Numbered from the stretch's first letter, positions 1-9,743 are shown. The stretch is DNA of 64,000 bases from an uncultured Verrucomicrobiota bacterium (GCA_964389025.1 CAYMCQ010000011.1:1-64000), one strand, 5' to 3'. Translations and numbers: made by a program. The notes: a model not told the origin generated them from the letters alone.

Positions 1-51
1 CTTGACTCCGGCCTTCTTCGCCTTCTCTATCACGCTCTTGGGGGTGCTCAT
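1..51 (-). CDS. hypothetical protein, N-terminal fragment running off the window edge (MSTPKSVIEKAKKAGVK, Lys/Ala-rich)
   Basis: The reverse complement of bases 1-51 begins with ATG and reads as an open frame to the window edge. Too short for a family assignment. Confidence 0.3.
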   Translation of the reverse strand, partial: MSTPKSVIEKAKKAGVK

Positions 52-158
52 GTGTCTTTCTATTCTGTATTTATTGATTCAGGGTTAATGCATTTAACGC
101 ATCGCGTGCACCCGCCGACACTCGCCGGCGGAGCGCACGCGAAATTGTTCAGCAAATG

Positions 159-1646
159 TTACGCTCCGTGATACCCCTCTTCGCCGTGTTCGGCAAGGTC
201 AAGTCCGACTGTTTCCACTTCCTCGCTTGGGCGGAGTCCGACGACCACTTTCACGATATAAGCGATGATCGTCGTCGCCACGACGGACAAGGCCACGGTG
301 ATTCCGATGGCTTTGAGTTGCTCAAACACAAGGCCGCCATCGGCAACGAGTTTGGCGAGGCCATTGTCTTTGGCGTAGGCGTTGGCATCGGTGAGGTTGC
401 CGTTCACCGAAGAGGCCGCCAGAATTCCCGTGAGAAGCGCCCCGAGCGTTCCTCCGACGGCATGCACGCCGAAAGTATCCAGTGCGTCATCGTAACGGAA
501 CCATGATTTCAATTTCCAAACTGCAAAAAATGGGATAAGACCCGCGACAACGCCAATAATCACTGCGCCGGTCGTATCTACAAACCCGCATGCGGGAGTA
601 ATCACCACCAACCCCGCTACTGCTCCTGAGCAGAAACCAAGAATGGAAGGTTTGCCTCGGAATAAATACTCGGCCATGCCCCATGCAAACGAACCAACGG
701 CTGTGGCGATTGTGGTCGTCATAAAGGCGTTCGCCGCGATCCCATCCGCCGCCAATGCCGATCCCGCGTTGAAACCATACCAGCCCACCCACAACATGCC
801 TGTGCCAACCATACAGAGCACCATGTTATGTGGTTGCATGGGTTCTTTTCCAAAACCGCGGCGCTTGCCGAGAATCAAACACAAAATCAGTGCAGACCAC
901 CCCGACGACATGTGAACCACTGTGCCGCCGGCGAAATCAATCGCCTGAATTTTTGCGCCGCCATTCCAAACGCCATTCATCAGCCCGTCCACGCCCCACA
1001 CCATGTGAGCCAGCGGGAAATAAACAGCGAACATCCAGAGCGCCACAAACAGCAGAACCGCGGAAAACTTCATGCGTTCAGCAACAGCGCCGATGATCAG
1101 CGCCGGAGTGATGATTGCGAACATCAACTGATACATGGAAAACGTGCTCTCGGAAATCCAGTAGCAATAATTCGTGTCCGGAGCTGCGCCCACATCTTTC
1201 AAGAACATGTGCTTCAGGCTGCCAAAGAATGGCTTGAGACCTTCGCTTAAGCCGCCTTCGCCGAAGACAAGGCTGTAACCGCAAACCCACCACAGGATCG
1301 TGACCAGGCCGGCGATACCCAGGCATTGCGCCAAAACGGACAGCACGTTCTTCCGACGAACGAGACCGCCGTAAAACAGTGCAAGGCCGGGCAACGTCAT
1401 GAATAACACCAACGCGGCGCAGACCATCATGAATGCATTATGACCGGGGCCGGGGACGTTGGCGATTTTCGACGCCCACTTGGTGTCGCCGGACGCGCCG
1501 ACGCCGAGGTTCTGGAAGTATTGCTCGAGGTCAGCGACACGCTGTTCGACGGTTGCATCCGCCGGCTTGGCATCCTCGGCGAGCGAAGGGAGCGACATCA
1601 TCGAGGTGACCGCGATTAAAACGATTGCAAGGAGAAGTTTTTTCAT
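159..1646 (-). CDS. amtB: ammonium transporter (Amt family)
   Basis: Multi-TM protein with the Amt signature DFAGGTVVHMSSG and an N-terminal signal peptide. The ATG (MKKLLLAIVLIAV) at 1646 is internal to the longer six-frame ORF. glnK lies immediately upstream on the same strand. Confidence 0.93.
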   Translation of the reverse strand: MKKLLLAIVLIAVTSMMSLPSLAEDAKPADATVEQRVADLEQYFQNLGVGASGDTKWASKIANVPGPGHNAFMMVCAALVLFMTLPGLALFYGGLVRRKNVLSVLAQCLGIAGLVTILWWVCGYSLVFGEGGLSEGLKPFFGSLKHMFLKDVGAAPDTNYCYWISESTFSMYQLMFAIITPALIIGAVAERMKFSAVLLFVALWMFAVYFPLAHMVWGVDGLMNGVWNGGAKIQAIDFAGGTVVHMSSGWSALILCLILGKRRGFGKEPMQPHNMVLCMVGTGMLWVGWYGFNAGSALAADGIAANAFMTTTIATAVGSFAWGMAEYLFRGKPSILGFCSGAVAGLVVITPACGFVDTTGAVIIGVVAGLIPFFAVWKLKSWFRYDDALDTFGVHAVGGTLGALLTGILAASSVNGNLTDANAYAKDNGLAKLVADGGLVFEQLKAIGITVALSVVATTIIAYIVKVVVGLRPSEEVETVGLDLAEHGEEGYHGA

Positions 1647-1680
1647 AATCGGTTTTGCGATGGTGGTTGACTTCAATCTG

Positions 1681-2124
<444 letters not shown>

Positions 2125-2292
2125 TCAGCGCAAAAACCATTGATTTCATTGAAGATATTTAACACGGGAAAAATTTCGTGGGCCAAATCCATGTTGCGAT
2201 TTGCTCAGGCAAGAAATTTTTCGCCACCGAAGATTGTGGTGAGTCGCAAGCATTTCTGTTGACCAATCCTCGCCAGTTCCTAGTTTCGCGAC

Positions 2293-3561
2293 GTGCCGCA
2301 CGCGCTGCCCAATCCAAACCCGTGGATGATTCTGCCGTTCGGCGTTCTGCTGGCGGCGATCGCGCTGCTGCCGCTGCTCGCGGGAAAATGGTGGTTGAAG
2401 CATTACGCGAAAGTTTCGCTCGTGCTCGGCGCGGTGACGCTTGGTTATTACTTGTTCGGATTGCAGGCGCACGCGCGTGTGCTGGACGTGGCGCACGAAT
2501 ATGTCAGTTTCATCGCGCTGATCGGTTCGCTGTTCATTGTCTCAGGCGGCATTCACATAACTGTGAAAGGCGAATCCACGCCTTTCGCAAACGTGATCTT
2601 CCTGCTCATCGGCGCACTCATCGCAAATGTTCTCGGCACGACCGGGGCGTCCATGTTGCTGATTCGTCCGTGGATTCGGATGAACAAATACCGGGTCACG
2701 GCGCACCACATCGTCTTTTTTATTTTCATCGTGTCGAATGTCGGCGGTTGTCTGACGCCCATTGGCGACCCCCCGTTGTTTCTCGGTTATCTTCAAGGCG
2801 TTCCGTTCTGGTGGGTGTTGAAAAACTGCTGGCCGATGTGGGCGACGGGCTTGGGCATTTTGCTCACGATGTTTTACGTTGTGGATCGGATCAATTTCGC
2901 CCGCGCGCCGCGACATGTGCGCGAAATGGAAACGGCGAATGAAACTTGGAAGTTTGAAGGGCTGGCAAATCTGTTTTTTCTGGCGGCCATAATCGGCGCG
3001 GTGTTCATCAAGCAACCCATTTTTCTCCGCGAAGCAATCATGCTTGGGGCCGCGCTTGGCTCTTATTTCACCACGGCAAAACCGATTCACGAATCGAACC
3101 ACTTTAACTTTCATCCCATCACTGAAGTGGCGATTTTGTTCGTCGGGATTTTTGCAACCATGATGCCCGCGCTGGACTGGCTTGGCCGAAACGCGAGCGA
3201 ATTGCTCGGTCAAAATCCCGCGCCGGGACTTTTCTTCTGGGGCAGCGGCACGCTTTCAAGCGTGCTGGACAACGCTCCGACATATCTGAGTTTTTTCAGC
3301 GCGCTGTTTGGGGCTGCAAGCACAGATCAGATTCCAACTTTGCTCACACAGTCACAAGCAGCCCTCATCGCCATCAGTATCGGCTCTGTTTTTTTTGGCG
3401 CGAACACCTACATCGGCAACGGTCCAAACTTCATGGTCAAGTCCATCGCCGACCAGCAGAAAATCCGCACGCCGACGTTCCTTGGATTCATTTTCAAATT
3501 CACGTTGCCATTCATGCTGCCGATGCTCGTGGTGGTTTGGTGGGTGTTCTTCCGAAGGTAA
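2293..3561 (+). CDS. ArsB/NhaD-superfamily permease (putative Na+/H+ antiporter NhaD-like)
   Basis: 422 aa, about 11-12 TM segments, with a GGCLTPIGDPP motif resembling the PIGDPPN of NhaD/ArsB permeases. GTG start (an ATG alternative lies at 2326). Family call from memory, not searched. Confidence 0.5.
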   Translation: MPHALPNPNPWMILPFGVLLAAIALLPLLAGKWWLKHYAKVSLVLGAVTLGYYLFGLQAHARVLDVAHEYVSFIALIGSLFIVSGGIHITVKGESTPFANVIFLLIGALIANVLGTTGASMLLIRPWIRMNKYRVTAHHIVFFIFIVSNVGGCLTPIGDPPLFLGYLQGVPFWWVLKNCWPMWATGLGILLTMFYVVDRINFARAPRHVREMETANETWKFEGLANLFFLAAIIGAVFIKQPIFLREAIMLGAALGSYFTTAKPIHESNHFNFHPITEVAILFVGIFATMMPALDWLGRNASELLGQNPAPGLFFWGSGTLSSVLDNAPTYLSFFSALFGAASTDQIPTLLTQSQAALIAISIGSVFFGANTYIGNGPNFMVKSIADQQKIRTPTFLGFIFKFTLPFMLPMLVVVWWVFFRR

Positions 3562-3564
3562 AAA

Positions 3565-3642
3565 TGGTCGGAGCGACAGGATTCGAACCTGCGACTTCGT
3601 GGACCCAAACCACGCGCTCTAGCCGGGCTGAGCTACGCTCCG
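3565..3642 (-). tRNA. tRNA-Pro (anticodon TGG)
   Basis: The reverse complement folds as a cloverleaf: acceptor CGGAGCG/CGCTCCG, D-stem GCTC/GAGC, anticodon stem CGTGG/CCACG with loop TTTGGGT (anticodon TGG), T-arm GCAGG-TTCGAAT-CCTGT, discriminator A and an encoded CCA. Confidence 0.85.
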
Positions 3643-3741
3643 ACGCGGAAGAAAGAATCTCACGGATTTGAGTTGGCGCAATGATTTTTTGCGAAGGCTT
3701 TAATTCTAGACGCTTCCCGGTTTTTTGTGTTCAATCTTGCC

Positions 3742-4971
3742 ATGTCAACGGAAGCCCCCCCGTTACCGAAAAAAATCAATTTGCGCCGGCCGGACATCAT
3801 GGAAGCAGTGCAGGCGCAGGTCGTCGCGCATTACCGCAGCGAGCTCGTGGAGCGCATCCGCGCCAACGGCAACGTCATTGCAGCGCCCGGCCTGACCATC
3901 AAATTGGCAAAGGAATTCGGTTTCTGTTACGGCGTCGAGCGCGCGATTGATCTGGCCTACGCCGCGCGAAAATCGTTTCCGGCGGAGAAGCCGATTTTTC
4001 TCCTCGGCGAAATCATCCACAACCCCGAGGTCAACGACCAGATCCGCAACCTCGGCATCAAAACCATTTCCAACAAACCGACTGACGAGGAGATGGGCCA
4101 GTTGCAGCGCGAAGACGTCGTCATCATTCCCGCGTTTGGCACCGAGGTCGCGACACGGCGCAAGCTTGAGGAAAAAGGCTGCGTGCTCGTGGACACGACT
4201 TGCGGCGACGTGATGAGCGTTTGGAAGCGCGTCCGCCAATATTCCAAGGAGAGCGTCACGAGCATCATCCACGGCAAGGCCAAGCACGAGGAAACGAAGG
4301 CCACCACTTCACAAGCGACGGCTTACGGCAGCGGCCATTATCTCGTCGTCTATAATCTCGACGAGACGGATTACGTTTGTAACTACATTCTCAACGGCGG
4401 GAGCAAGGAGGAATTTCTCACGAAGTTCAAAGGCGCGCATTCACCTGGCTTCGATCCCGACGTGCATTTGCAAGCCGTCGGCGTCGCAAATCAGACGACA
4501 ATGCTTCGCGGCGAAACCGAAGAAGTCCAACGCCGCTTCAAAGCTGCGATGGAAAAAAAATACGGCGCGGAAACCATCGCGCAACACTTTCGTTTCTTCG
4601 ACACGATTTGCGGCGCAACGCAGGACCGGCAGGACGCGCTGGAAAAATTGCTGCGCGAACCGCTCAATCTTTTGATCGTCGTCGGGGGTTACAATTCCTC
4701 GAACACGTCGCACCTCGCCGAGATGGGCGAAGCCGTGTTGCCAACTTACTTCATCAAGAACGCCGCGAAGATGGTTGATGACAAACGCATCGTCCACTAC
4801 GACCAGCACAAAAAGGAGGAAGTCGAAACGCGCGACTGGCTGCCGTCAGGAAAAATAACAGTCGGCATCACTGCCGGCGCCTCGTGCCCGAACAACTTGA
4901 TTGAAGACGCGATTCGCCGATTGCTCGAGCTGCGAAATATTTCCGTGCAGCAGTTGTTGGGAAACAATTGA
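3742..4971 (+). CDS. ispH: 4-hydroxy-3-methylbut-2-enyl diphosphate reductase (long, cyanobacterial/plant-type IspH)
   Basis: The IspH motif pattern is present: GFCYGVERAI (Cys1), HNPEV, AFGT, VDTTCG (Cys2), IHGKAKHEE, plus a C-terminal extension. The ATG at 3742 is chosen over the GTG at 3727. Confidence 0.85.
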   Translation: MSTEAPPLPKKINLRRPDIMEAVQAQVVAHYRSELVERIRANGNVIAAPGLTIKLAKEFGFCYGVERAIDLAYAARKSFPAEKPIFLLGEIIHNPEVNDQIRNLGIKTISNKPTDEEMGQLQREDVVIIPAFGTEVATRRKLEEKGCVLVDTTCGDVMSVWKRVRQYSKESVTSIIHGKAKHEETKATTSQATAYGSGHYLVVYNLDETDYVCNYILNGGSKEEFLTKFKGAHSPGFDPDVHLQAVGVANQTTMLRGETEEVQRRFKAAMEKKYGAETIAQHFRFFDTICGATQDRQDALEKLLREPLNLLIVVGGYNSSNTSHLAEMGEAVLPTYFIKNAAKMVDDKRIVHYDQHKKEEVETRDWLPSGKITVGITAGASCPNNLIEDAIRRLLELRNISVQQLLGNN

Positions 4972-5024
4972 ATCTTCTTACTGTCCGAAATGAATTGGAG
5001 CGTTACTAAGAAGTTTAGGTTCTG

Positions 5025-5086
5025 ACCTGCCCACTCCCGATCCCGATCCACTTGTAGCTCGTCAATTCCTCCAAACCCATCGGGCC
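5025..5086. repeat. 62-bp direct repeat, copy 1 (duplicate of the proA 3' coding end); copy 2 at 5668-5730
   Basis: acctgcccactcccgatcccgatccacttgtagctcgtcaattcctccaaacccatcgggcc recurs at 5668-5730 with 3 mismatches. Copy 2 lies inside the proA 3' end. The two copies flank a two-ORF cassette. Confidence 0.85.
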
Positions 5087-5122
5087 GCCCGCCTTCGCGT
5101 TGCTTCGGCGCGACAGGCGCGC

Positions 5123-5440
5123 TTAGAGCACATCAATCGGATAGGAAGTCAGCCAGATGTCCAACTGCTGGAACTGGGCTTTGATTTGTTCCTTGAATGC
5201 CAGAAAAAACAGCCGGTTTTCCGGCGTGTCAGCGACATCCACAAACACCCGCACCAGATCGTCGCGGTAAACAATTCCCTCGTGCTGCCATTGGCCTTGG
5301 ATGTTCTGGCTCTCCCATGAAACCGCGCCAAAATGTTCGCGGAGTTTGAGCACTGTGTCCGCCACGAGTTCCGGCGGAATGGACTGGCCGTTGTTAAACC
5401 GCAACGGCAGCAGGATTTCGTAACGGCGCAAGGCGCTCAT
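5123..5440 (-). CDS. hypothetical protein (105 aa) in the repeat-flanked cassette
   Basis: Open frame with an ATG (MSALRRYEILLPL...) and no recognised motifs. Its 5' end overlaps the 3' end of the neighbouring 72-aa ORF by about 47 nt. Confidence 0.4.
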   Translation of the reverse strand: MSALRRYEILLPLRFNNGQSIPPELVADTVLKLREHFGAVSWESQNIQGQWQHEGIVYRDDLVRVFVDVADTPENRLFFLAFKEQIKAQFQQLDIWLTSYPIDVL

Positions 5441-5612
5441 AAGTGGCAGGGCCAATCACGGTGAAGGCAATTCCTTCCATGGCGAGATGCGACAATGCCG
5501 CCTCTGGCACAAGTGTTTCGCCATCCGCGCAACTTTTGCCGGGGAAACGCCCGGCCAGATAGCCAATCGCCCGCCGCTCCGACTCCGCATCGTTAAAGCG
5601 AATGATAATCAT
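5394..5612 (-). CDS. hypothetical small protein (72 aa) in the repeat-flanked cassette
   Basis: ATG-initiated ORF (MIIIRFNDAESERRAIGYLAGRF...) overlapping the next ORF. This may be a two-gene module or a single frameshifted gene. Confidence 0.35.
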   Translation of the reverse strand: MIIIRFNDAESERRAIGYLAGRFPGKSCADGETLVPEAALSHLAMEGIAFTVIGPATYERLAPLRNPAAVAV

Positions 5613-5658
5613 GGAGGAACTTTAGTTGAAGTTAGCGGAAGATGCAACCGGGGCTTTT

Positions 5659-6954
5659 TTAACTTCGCACCTGCCCACTGCCGATCCCAACCCACTTGTA
5701 GCTCGTCAATTCCTCCAAACCCATCGGGCCACGCGCGCCGATTTTGTCGGTGCTGATGCCGATTTCCGCGCCCATGCCGTATTCGCCGCCGTCGGTGAAG
5801 CGCGTCGAAGCGTTCCAATAAACCGTCGCCGAATCCACTTCGGCGAGAAATTGTTTCGCGCGCGATTCATTCTTCGTCACGATGCTATCAGAGTGCGCCG
5901 AGCCGTAGTGGTTGATGTGGTCAATGGCCTGTTTCACGCCGTCAACCACGCGGACGTTCAGAATGAAGTCGAGATATTCGGTGAACCAGTCCTGCTCGGT
6001 CGCGCGTTTGATGGCGGAATTGGAATTATGGATTGAGCATTTCAAAATGGTTTCAGCGTCGGAATCGGCGCGCAGTTCCACTTTCTTTTCGCTCAATCGC
6101 TGGCCGATGACCGGCAAAAATTTCGCCGCTATTTTCTTGTCCACAAGCAATGTTTCCATCGCGTTGCAGACACCGGGGCGCTGGCACTTGGCGTTGAACG
6201 CTATCTCCTCGGCCATTTTCAAATCAGCATCGGCGTCCACATAAACGTGGCAGACGCCTTTGTAATGTTTGATGACGGGAACTTTGCTGCACTCGGCCAC
6301 GGCGCGAATCAAACCCTCGCCACCGCGTGGCATGCACAAGTCCACAAGTTGCGTGAGCGAGAGAAGCTCCTTGATCGCCTCGCGGTCGGTGGTTTGCACG
6401 ACTTGAATCGCGTGTTGCGGAAATTTCGGAAGCTTTTGCTTCGCCGCGTCAATCATGATTTCGGCAATGGCCGTGTTCGAGTGAATCGCCTCCTTGCCGC
6501 CGCGAAGAATCGTGGCGTTACCGGACTTGAAACAAAGGCTCGCCGCGTCCGCCGTCACGTTTGGCCGCGATTCGTAGATGATGACGATGACACCGATGGG
6601 GGTGGAAATTTTCTGCAGCTTCAAACCGTTTGGCCGCGTCCGCTCGTCGAGAATTCTCCCGACAGGGTCGGGCAAGGCCGCGACTTCGCGCAAACCTTTC
6701 GCCATCGCCGCGATCCGTTTGTCGTCGAGCTTGAGGCGGTCGAGCATAGCGGACGAAAGCCCCATTTGCACGTCGGCGGCCATGTCTTTTTCGTTGGCCG
6801 ATTGTATTCTCGCGCCGTTTTGCTCCAGCGCATCGGCCATCGCAAGCAGACACGAATTTTTTTCCGCCGTCGAAAGTTTCGCAAGCTCGCGGGAAGCGGC
6901 TTTGGCCTGCTTCGCGAGTCGGGTCATTTGCTCCATCAGCGTCATGCCCTGCAA
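5659..6954 (-). CDS. proA: glutamate-5-semialdehyde dehydrogenase (gamma-glutamyl phosphate reductase)
   Basis: ALDH-like ProA sequence throughout (ISTPIGVIVIIYESRPNVTADAASLCFKSGNATILRGGKEA..., C-terminal KWVGIGSGQVRS), about 430 aa. Confidence 0.9.
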   Translation of the reverse strand: MQGMTLMEQMTRLAKQAKAASRELAKLSTAEKNSCLLAMADALEQNGARIQSANEKDMAADVQMGLSSAMLDRLKLDDKRIAAMAKGLREVAALPDPVGRILDERTRPNGLKLQKISTPIGVIVIIYESRPNVTADAASLCFKSGNATILRGGKEAIHSNTAIAEIMIDAAKQKLPKFPQHAIQVVQTTDREAIKELLSLTQLVDLCMPRGGEGLIRAVAECSKVPVIKHYKGVCHVYVDADADLKMAEEIAFNAKCQRPGVCNAMETLLVDKKIAAKFLPVIGQRLSEKKVELRADSDAETILKCSIHNSNSAIKRATEQDWFTEYLDFILNVRVVDGVKQAIDHINHYGSAHSDSIVTKNESRAKQFLAEVDSATVYWNASTRFTDGGEYGMGAEIGISTDKIGARGPMGLEELTSYKWVGIGSGQVRS

Positions 6955-7014
6955 GTTAAGCCAAAACTATCAAGTGAAAAGTCAAAACCCTCGCGCCAAT
7001 CCGGTAGTCCAGTA

Positions 7015-7119
7015 AAAAGCGCCAGAGGACAGGCCAGTCCAAAACGCTTCGCGAGTCAGTGGCTGTGCAAACATGCGCCAGCTTTTGGAGTGCGCCAGCC
7101 CTCTGGCGCTTTCGGAGCG
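7015..7119. repeat. GC-rich hairpin repeats (GCGCCAG-N4-CTGGCGC cores), second locus at 19509-19600
   Basis: aaagcgccagaggacaggccagtccaaaacgcttcgcgag and ggagtgcgccagccctctggcgctttcggagcg recur with a few mismatches, in swapped order, at 19509-19600. Confidence 0.75.
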
Positions 7120-7230
7120 TCGTGTTTACAAATTATTTTCCAAATTATAGATGCCGCCATGTTGGTTTTGGATTTTTCTCTCTCTATGAATGTGAAACTT
7201 ACAAATGCGGAAAACTCGTTTCCCGGCAAC

Positions 7231-7297
7231 GGAGCGCGGAGCATTGCTCCGCGCGGCTCAGAATTATGCGAACTCGCGGAGCGATGCTCCGCGCTCC
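7231..7297. promoter_or_regulatory. two tandem perfect hairpins (GCGGAGC-N3-GCTCCGC) upstream of nfeD/flotillin
   Basis: gcgcggagc-att-gctccgcgc at 7231-7257 and cgcggagc-gat-gctccgcg at 7275-7297, about 90 nt upstream of the nfeD start. Confidence 0.4.
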
Positions 7298-7384
7298 AAG
7301 TCAGCTTGATACGCTGTCTCGTTTCCAGCTTGCGCGGCTTGGGGTTAAGTCTTTAACTCTGGCCGGAGCAACCGAACGAAATTT

Positions 7385-7951
7385 ATGACCACTATCATTT
7401 ATATCATTTGTCTCGGTGTCGGGCTGGTCTTCACACTCATCAGCGCGTTCTTCGGCCATGTGTTTGGTGGTGGCCACGACGGGCACGTGGACGGCAGCGG
7501 TGGCCACGCCGAAGCTGGTGTGGACAGCAGTGACCTGCCGGGCGTCTCCGCGCTGAGTCCCACGGTCATCGCCTCGTTCGTCACCGCGTTCGGCGGCATT
7601 GGAATTATTTTTTCCCAATTCAGCGCCACCAAACCGGCCGTCATCAGCGCGCCGCTTTCAGTGCTCGGCGGATTTATCATCGCGGCCTGCGTCCTCTGGC
7701 TCTTGCGCAAATTGTTCAGCCACACCCAAAGCTCCAGTGAATCAAAAGTGTCGAGCCTCGCCGGCATGACGGCCACCATCATCACGCCGATTCCCGCGAA
7801 TGGCGTCGGTGAAATCGCCTATGTGCAGGCCGGTTCGCGCTACACTGCGCCCGCGCGGTTGGAAGACGACACAAAGTCAGCGGCCAACGGCAAACTCGTC
7901 CGCATCACGCGGGTGGTCGGCTCGCAATTTTACGTCACACCGACCGAATAA
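7385..7951 (+). CDS. NfeD-family membrane protein (YuaF-like flotillin partner)
   Basis: N-terminal TM helices, a Gly/His-rich linker and a C-terminal soluble (OB-like) domain. It sits immediately upstream of the flotillin gene, the conserved NfeD-SPFH gene pair. Confidence 0.65.
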   Translation: MTTIIYIICLGVGLVFTLISAFFGHVFGGGHDGHVDGSGGHAEAGVDSSDLPGVSALSPTVIASFVTAFGGIGIIFSQFSATKPAVISAPLSVLGGFIIAACVLWLLRKLFSHTQSSSESKVSSLAGMTATIITPIPANGVGEIAYVQAGSRYTAPARLEDDTKSAANGKLVRITRVVGSQFYVTPTE

Positions 7952-7983
7952 TTTTCAACTCAACCAAACTCAGAAAAACATCT

Positions 7984-9525
7984 ATGAACCCAACCCCCAT
8001 GCTCGCCGAGTTGCCCTCAATCTTCTCCGGCGGAATAATTCTGATCGCCATCGTCGTCATCGCGCTCGTCGTGTTCATTGGCATCGCCGTCGTGTTGAGC
8101 CGTTACACGAAAGTCGGGCCGAACGAAGTGCTCGTTGTTTCCGGGCGCAAACATCGCTACGCCGACCCCGACGGCACGGAACGCGTGCGCGGCTTCCGCA
8201 TCGTCAAAGGCGGCGGCACGTTCGTTTATCCCGTCGTCGAAAAGGTGGACATCCTCTCGCTCGAACTGCTGACGATTGATGTGCAGACGCCGGAAGTTTA
8301 CACCAGCAAAGGCGTGCCGGTGAAAGTGGACGGCGTCGCGCAAATCAAGGTCAAGGGCGACGACATTTCCATCGCCACCGCCGCTGAACAGTTTTTGAGC
8401 AAAGGTGTGGACGAGATCAAAAACATCGCCACGCAAACGATGGAAGGCCACTTGCGCGCGATTCTTGGCACGATGACCGTGGAGGAGATTTACCAGAACC
8501 GCGACGCCTTCGCCTCGAAGGTGCAGGAAGTCGCCGCCGGTGACATGGCGAACATGGGTCTCGGCATCGTCAGCTTCACGATCCGCGACATCCGCGACAC
8601 GCAGGGCTATCTCGACGCGCTTGGCAAACCGCGCATCGCCCAGGTCAAACGCGACGCGCAGATCGCCCAGGCCGAAGCCGACCGCGACGCGATGATCAAA
8701 TCCTCGCAAGCTACGCAGGCCGGGCAGGAAGCCAAATTCGTCGCCGACACGAAAATCGCAGAGGCACAGCGCGATTATCAATCGAACGTGGCGCAATATC
8801 AGGCGGCGGTGAACCAGAAAAAAGCCGAAGCCGACCTAGCCTACGATTTGCAGAAATACAAGACCGGCCAGCTCGTCAAGGCTGAGGAAGTTCAGGTCAA
8901 CATCATCGAGAAACAGAAGCAGATCGAATTGCAGGAGCAGGAAATCAAACGCAAGCAACGCGAACTCGAAGCCAACGTCCAAAAGCCCGCCGACGCCGAG
9001 CGCTACAAAGTCGAGACGCTGGCGAACGCGACTAAATTTCAACTCGAAACCGAAGCCGCTGGCGCTGCATCCGCCGCGAAAGCCAAAGGTTTTGCCAACG
9101 CGGACGTAGCCAAAGCCACCGGTGTTGCCGAGGCCGAAGCGAACAAGGCGCGCGGTCTGGCCGAAGCCGCCGTTATCGAGGCGCAAGGCAAAGCGACCGC
9201 CTCCGCGATGCAGGCCAAGGCCGAATCGTTCAAGCAATACAACCAGGCCGCCGTCATCGAAATGATCGTGCGCGTGCTGCCGGAAGTCGCGGGCAAGATC
9301 AGCGAGCCGCTGGCGAAGACCGAGAAGATCGTCATCATCAATTCCGGCAACGGCCCGGGCGGCGGCGCGAGCAAGTTGACCGGCGACGTGACGCAAATCA
9401 TCGCGCAATTGCCGCCAGTGCTGGAAAGTTTGACCGGGATTCAATTTGAAAAGTTGCTGGAGCAAGTTCCGGCACTCCGGGCGGCGATGGATAAATCTGA
9501 AACCAAGGAAGGAAAGAAAGTATGA
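7984..9525 (+). CDS. flotillin / SPFH (band 7) domain protein, FloT/YuaG-like
   Basis: 513 aa with an N-terminal TM anchor, an SPFH domain (VVSGRKHRYADPDGT...TIDVQTPEVYTSKGVPVKVDGVAQIKV) and a long Ala/Glu/Gln-rich coiled-coil tail typical of flotillins. Confidence 0.88.
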   Translation: MNPTPMLAELPSIFSGGIILIAIVVIALVVFIGIAVVLSRYTKVGPNEVLVVSGRKHRYADPDGTERVRGFRIVKGGGTFVYPVVEKVDILSLELLTIDVQTPEVYTSKGVPVKVDGVAQIKVKGDDISIATAAEQFLSKGVDEIKNIATQTMEGHLRAILGTMTVEEIYQNRDAFASKVQEVAAGDMANMGLGIVSFTIRDIRDTQGYLDALGKPRIAQVKRDAQIAQAEADRDAMIKSSQATQAGQEAKFVADTKIAEAQRDYQSNVAQYQAAVNQKKAEADLAYDLQKYKTGQLVKAEEVQVNIIEKQKQIELQEQEIKRKQRELEANVQKPADAERYKVETLANATKFQLETEAAGAASAAKAKGFANADVAKATGVAEAEANKARGLAEAAVIEAQGKATASAMQAKAESFKQYNQAAVIEMIVRVLPEVAGKISEPLAKTEKIVIINSGNGPGGGASKLTGDVTQIIAQLPPVLESLTGIQFEKLLEQVPALRAAMDKSETKEGKKV

Positions 9526-9743
9526 TTGCATCACTCTTGCTAGCGTTGCTTCTTGCGCCGATCGTGCTGTGCGTGTTCGCGTTCTGGGTCTGGATGCTGA
9601 TCCACGCCGCGACAAACAAAGGGCTGACCGACACCGAGAAATTGATGTGGGCGCTCATCATCGTCTTCGTCCATTTCCTCGGCGCGCTGATTTATTTCTT
9701 TGTGGGAAGGCCGAAGAAAAGCGTGCCATTGCCAACTGTATGA
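9522..9743 (+). CDS. PLDc_N-domain small membrane protein
   Basis: 73 aa with two TM helices and the PLD-nuclease N-terminal motif (WALIIVFVHFLGALIYFFVGRP). Its start overlaps the flotillin stop as ATGA. Confidence 0.7.
   Translation: MIASLLLALLLAPIVLCVFAFWVWMLIHAATNKGLTDTEKLMWALIIVFVHFLGALIYFFVGRPKKSVPLPTV

Noticed and set aside
156-506. 116-aa plus-strand ORF
   Set aside because: Lies entirely antisense to the well-supported amtB gene. GC-rich shadow ORF.
2178-2942. 254-aa plus-strand ORF (and the 2542..3213 minus-strand ORF)
   Set aside because: Both overlap the 422-aa transporter gene in other frames or strands. Arg/Ala-rich translation typical of out-of-frame GC-rich DNA.
8017-9615. 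Two 259-aa minus-strand ORFs
   Set aside because: Antisense to the flotillin gene, which has a clear SPFH domain. Low-complexity Arg/Gly/Asp-rich products.
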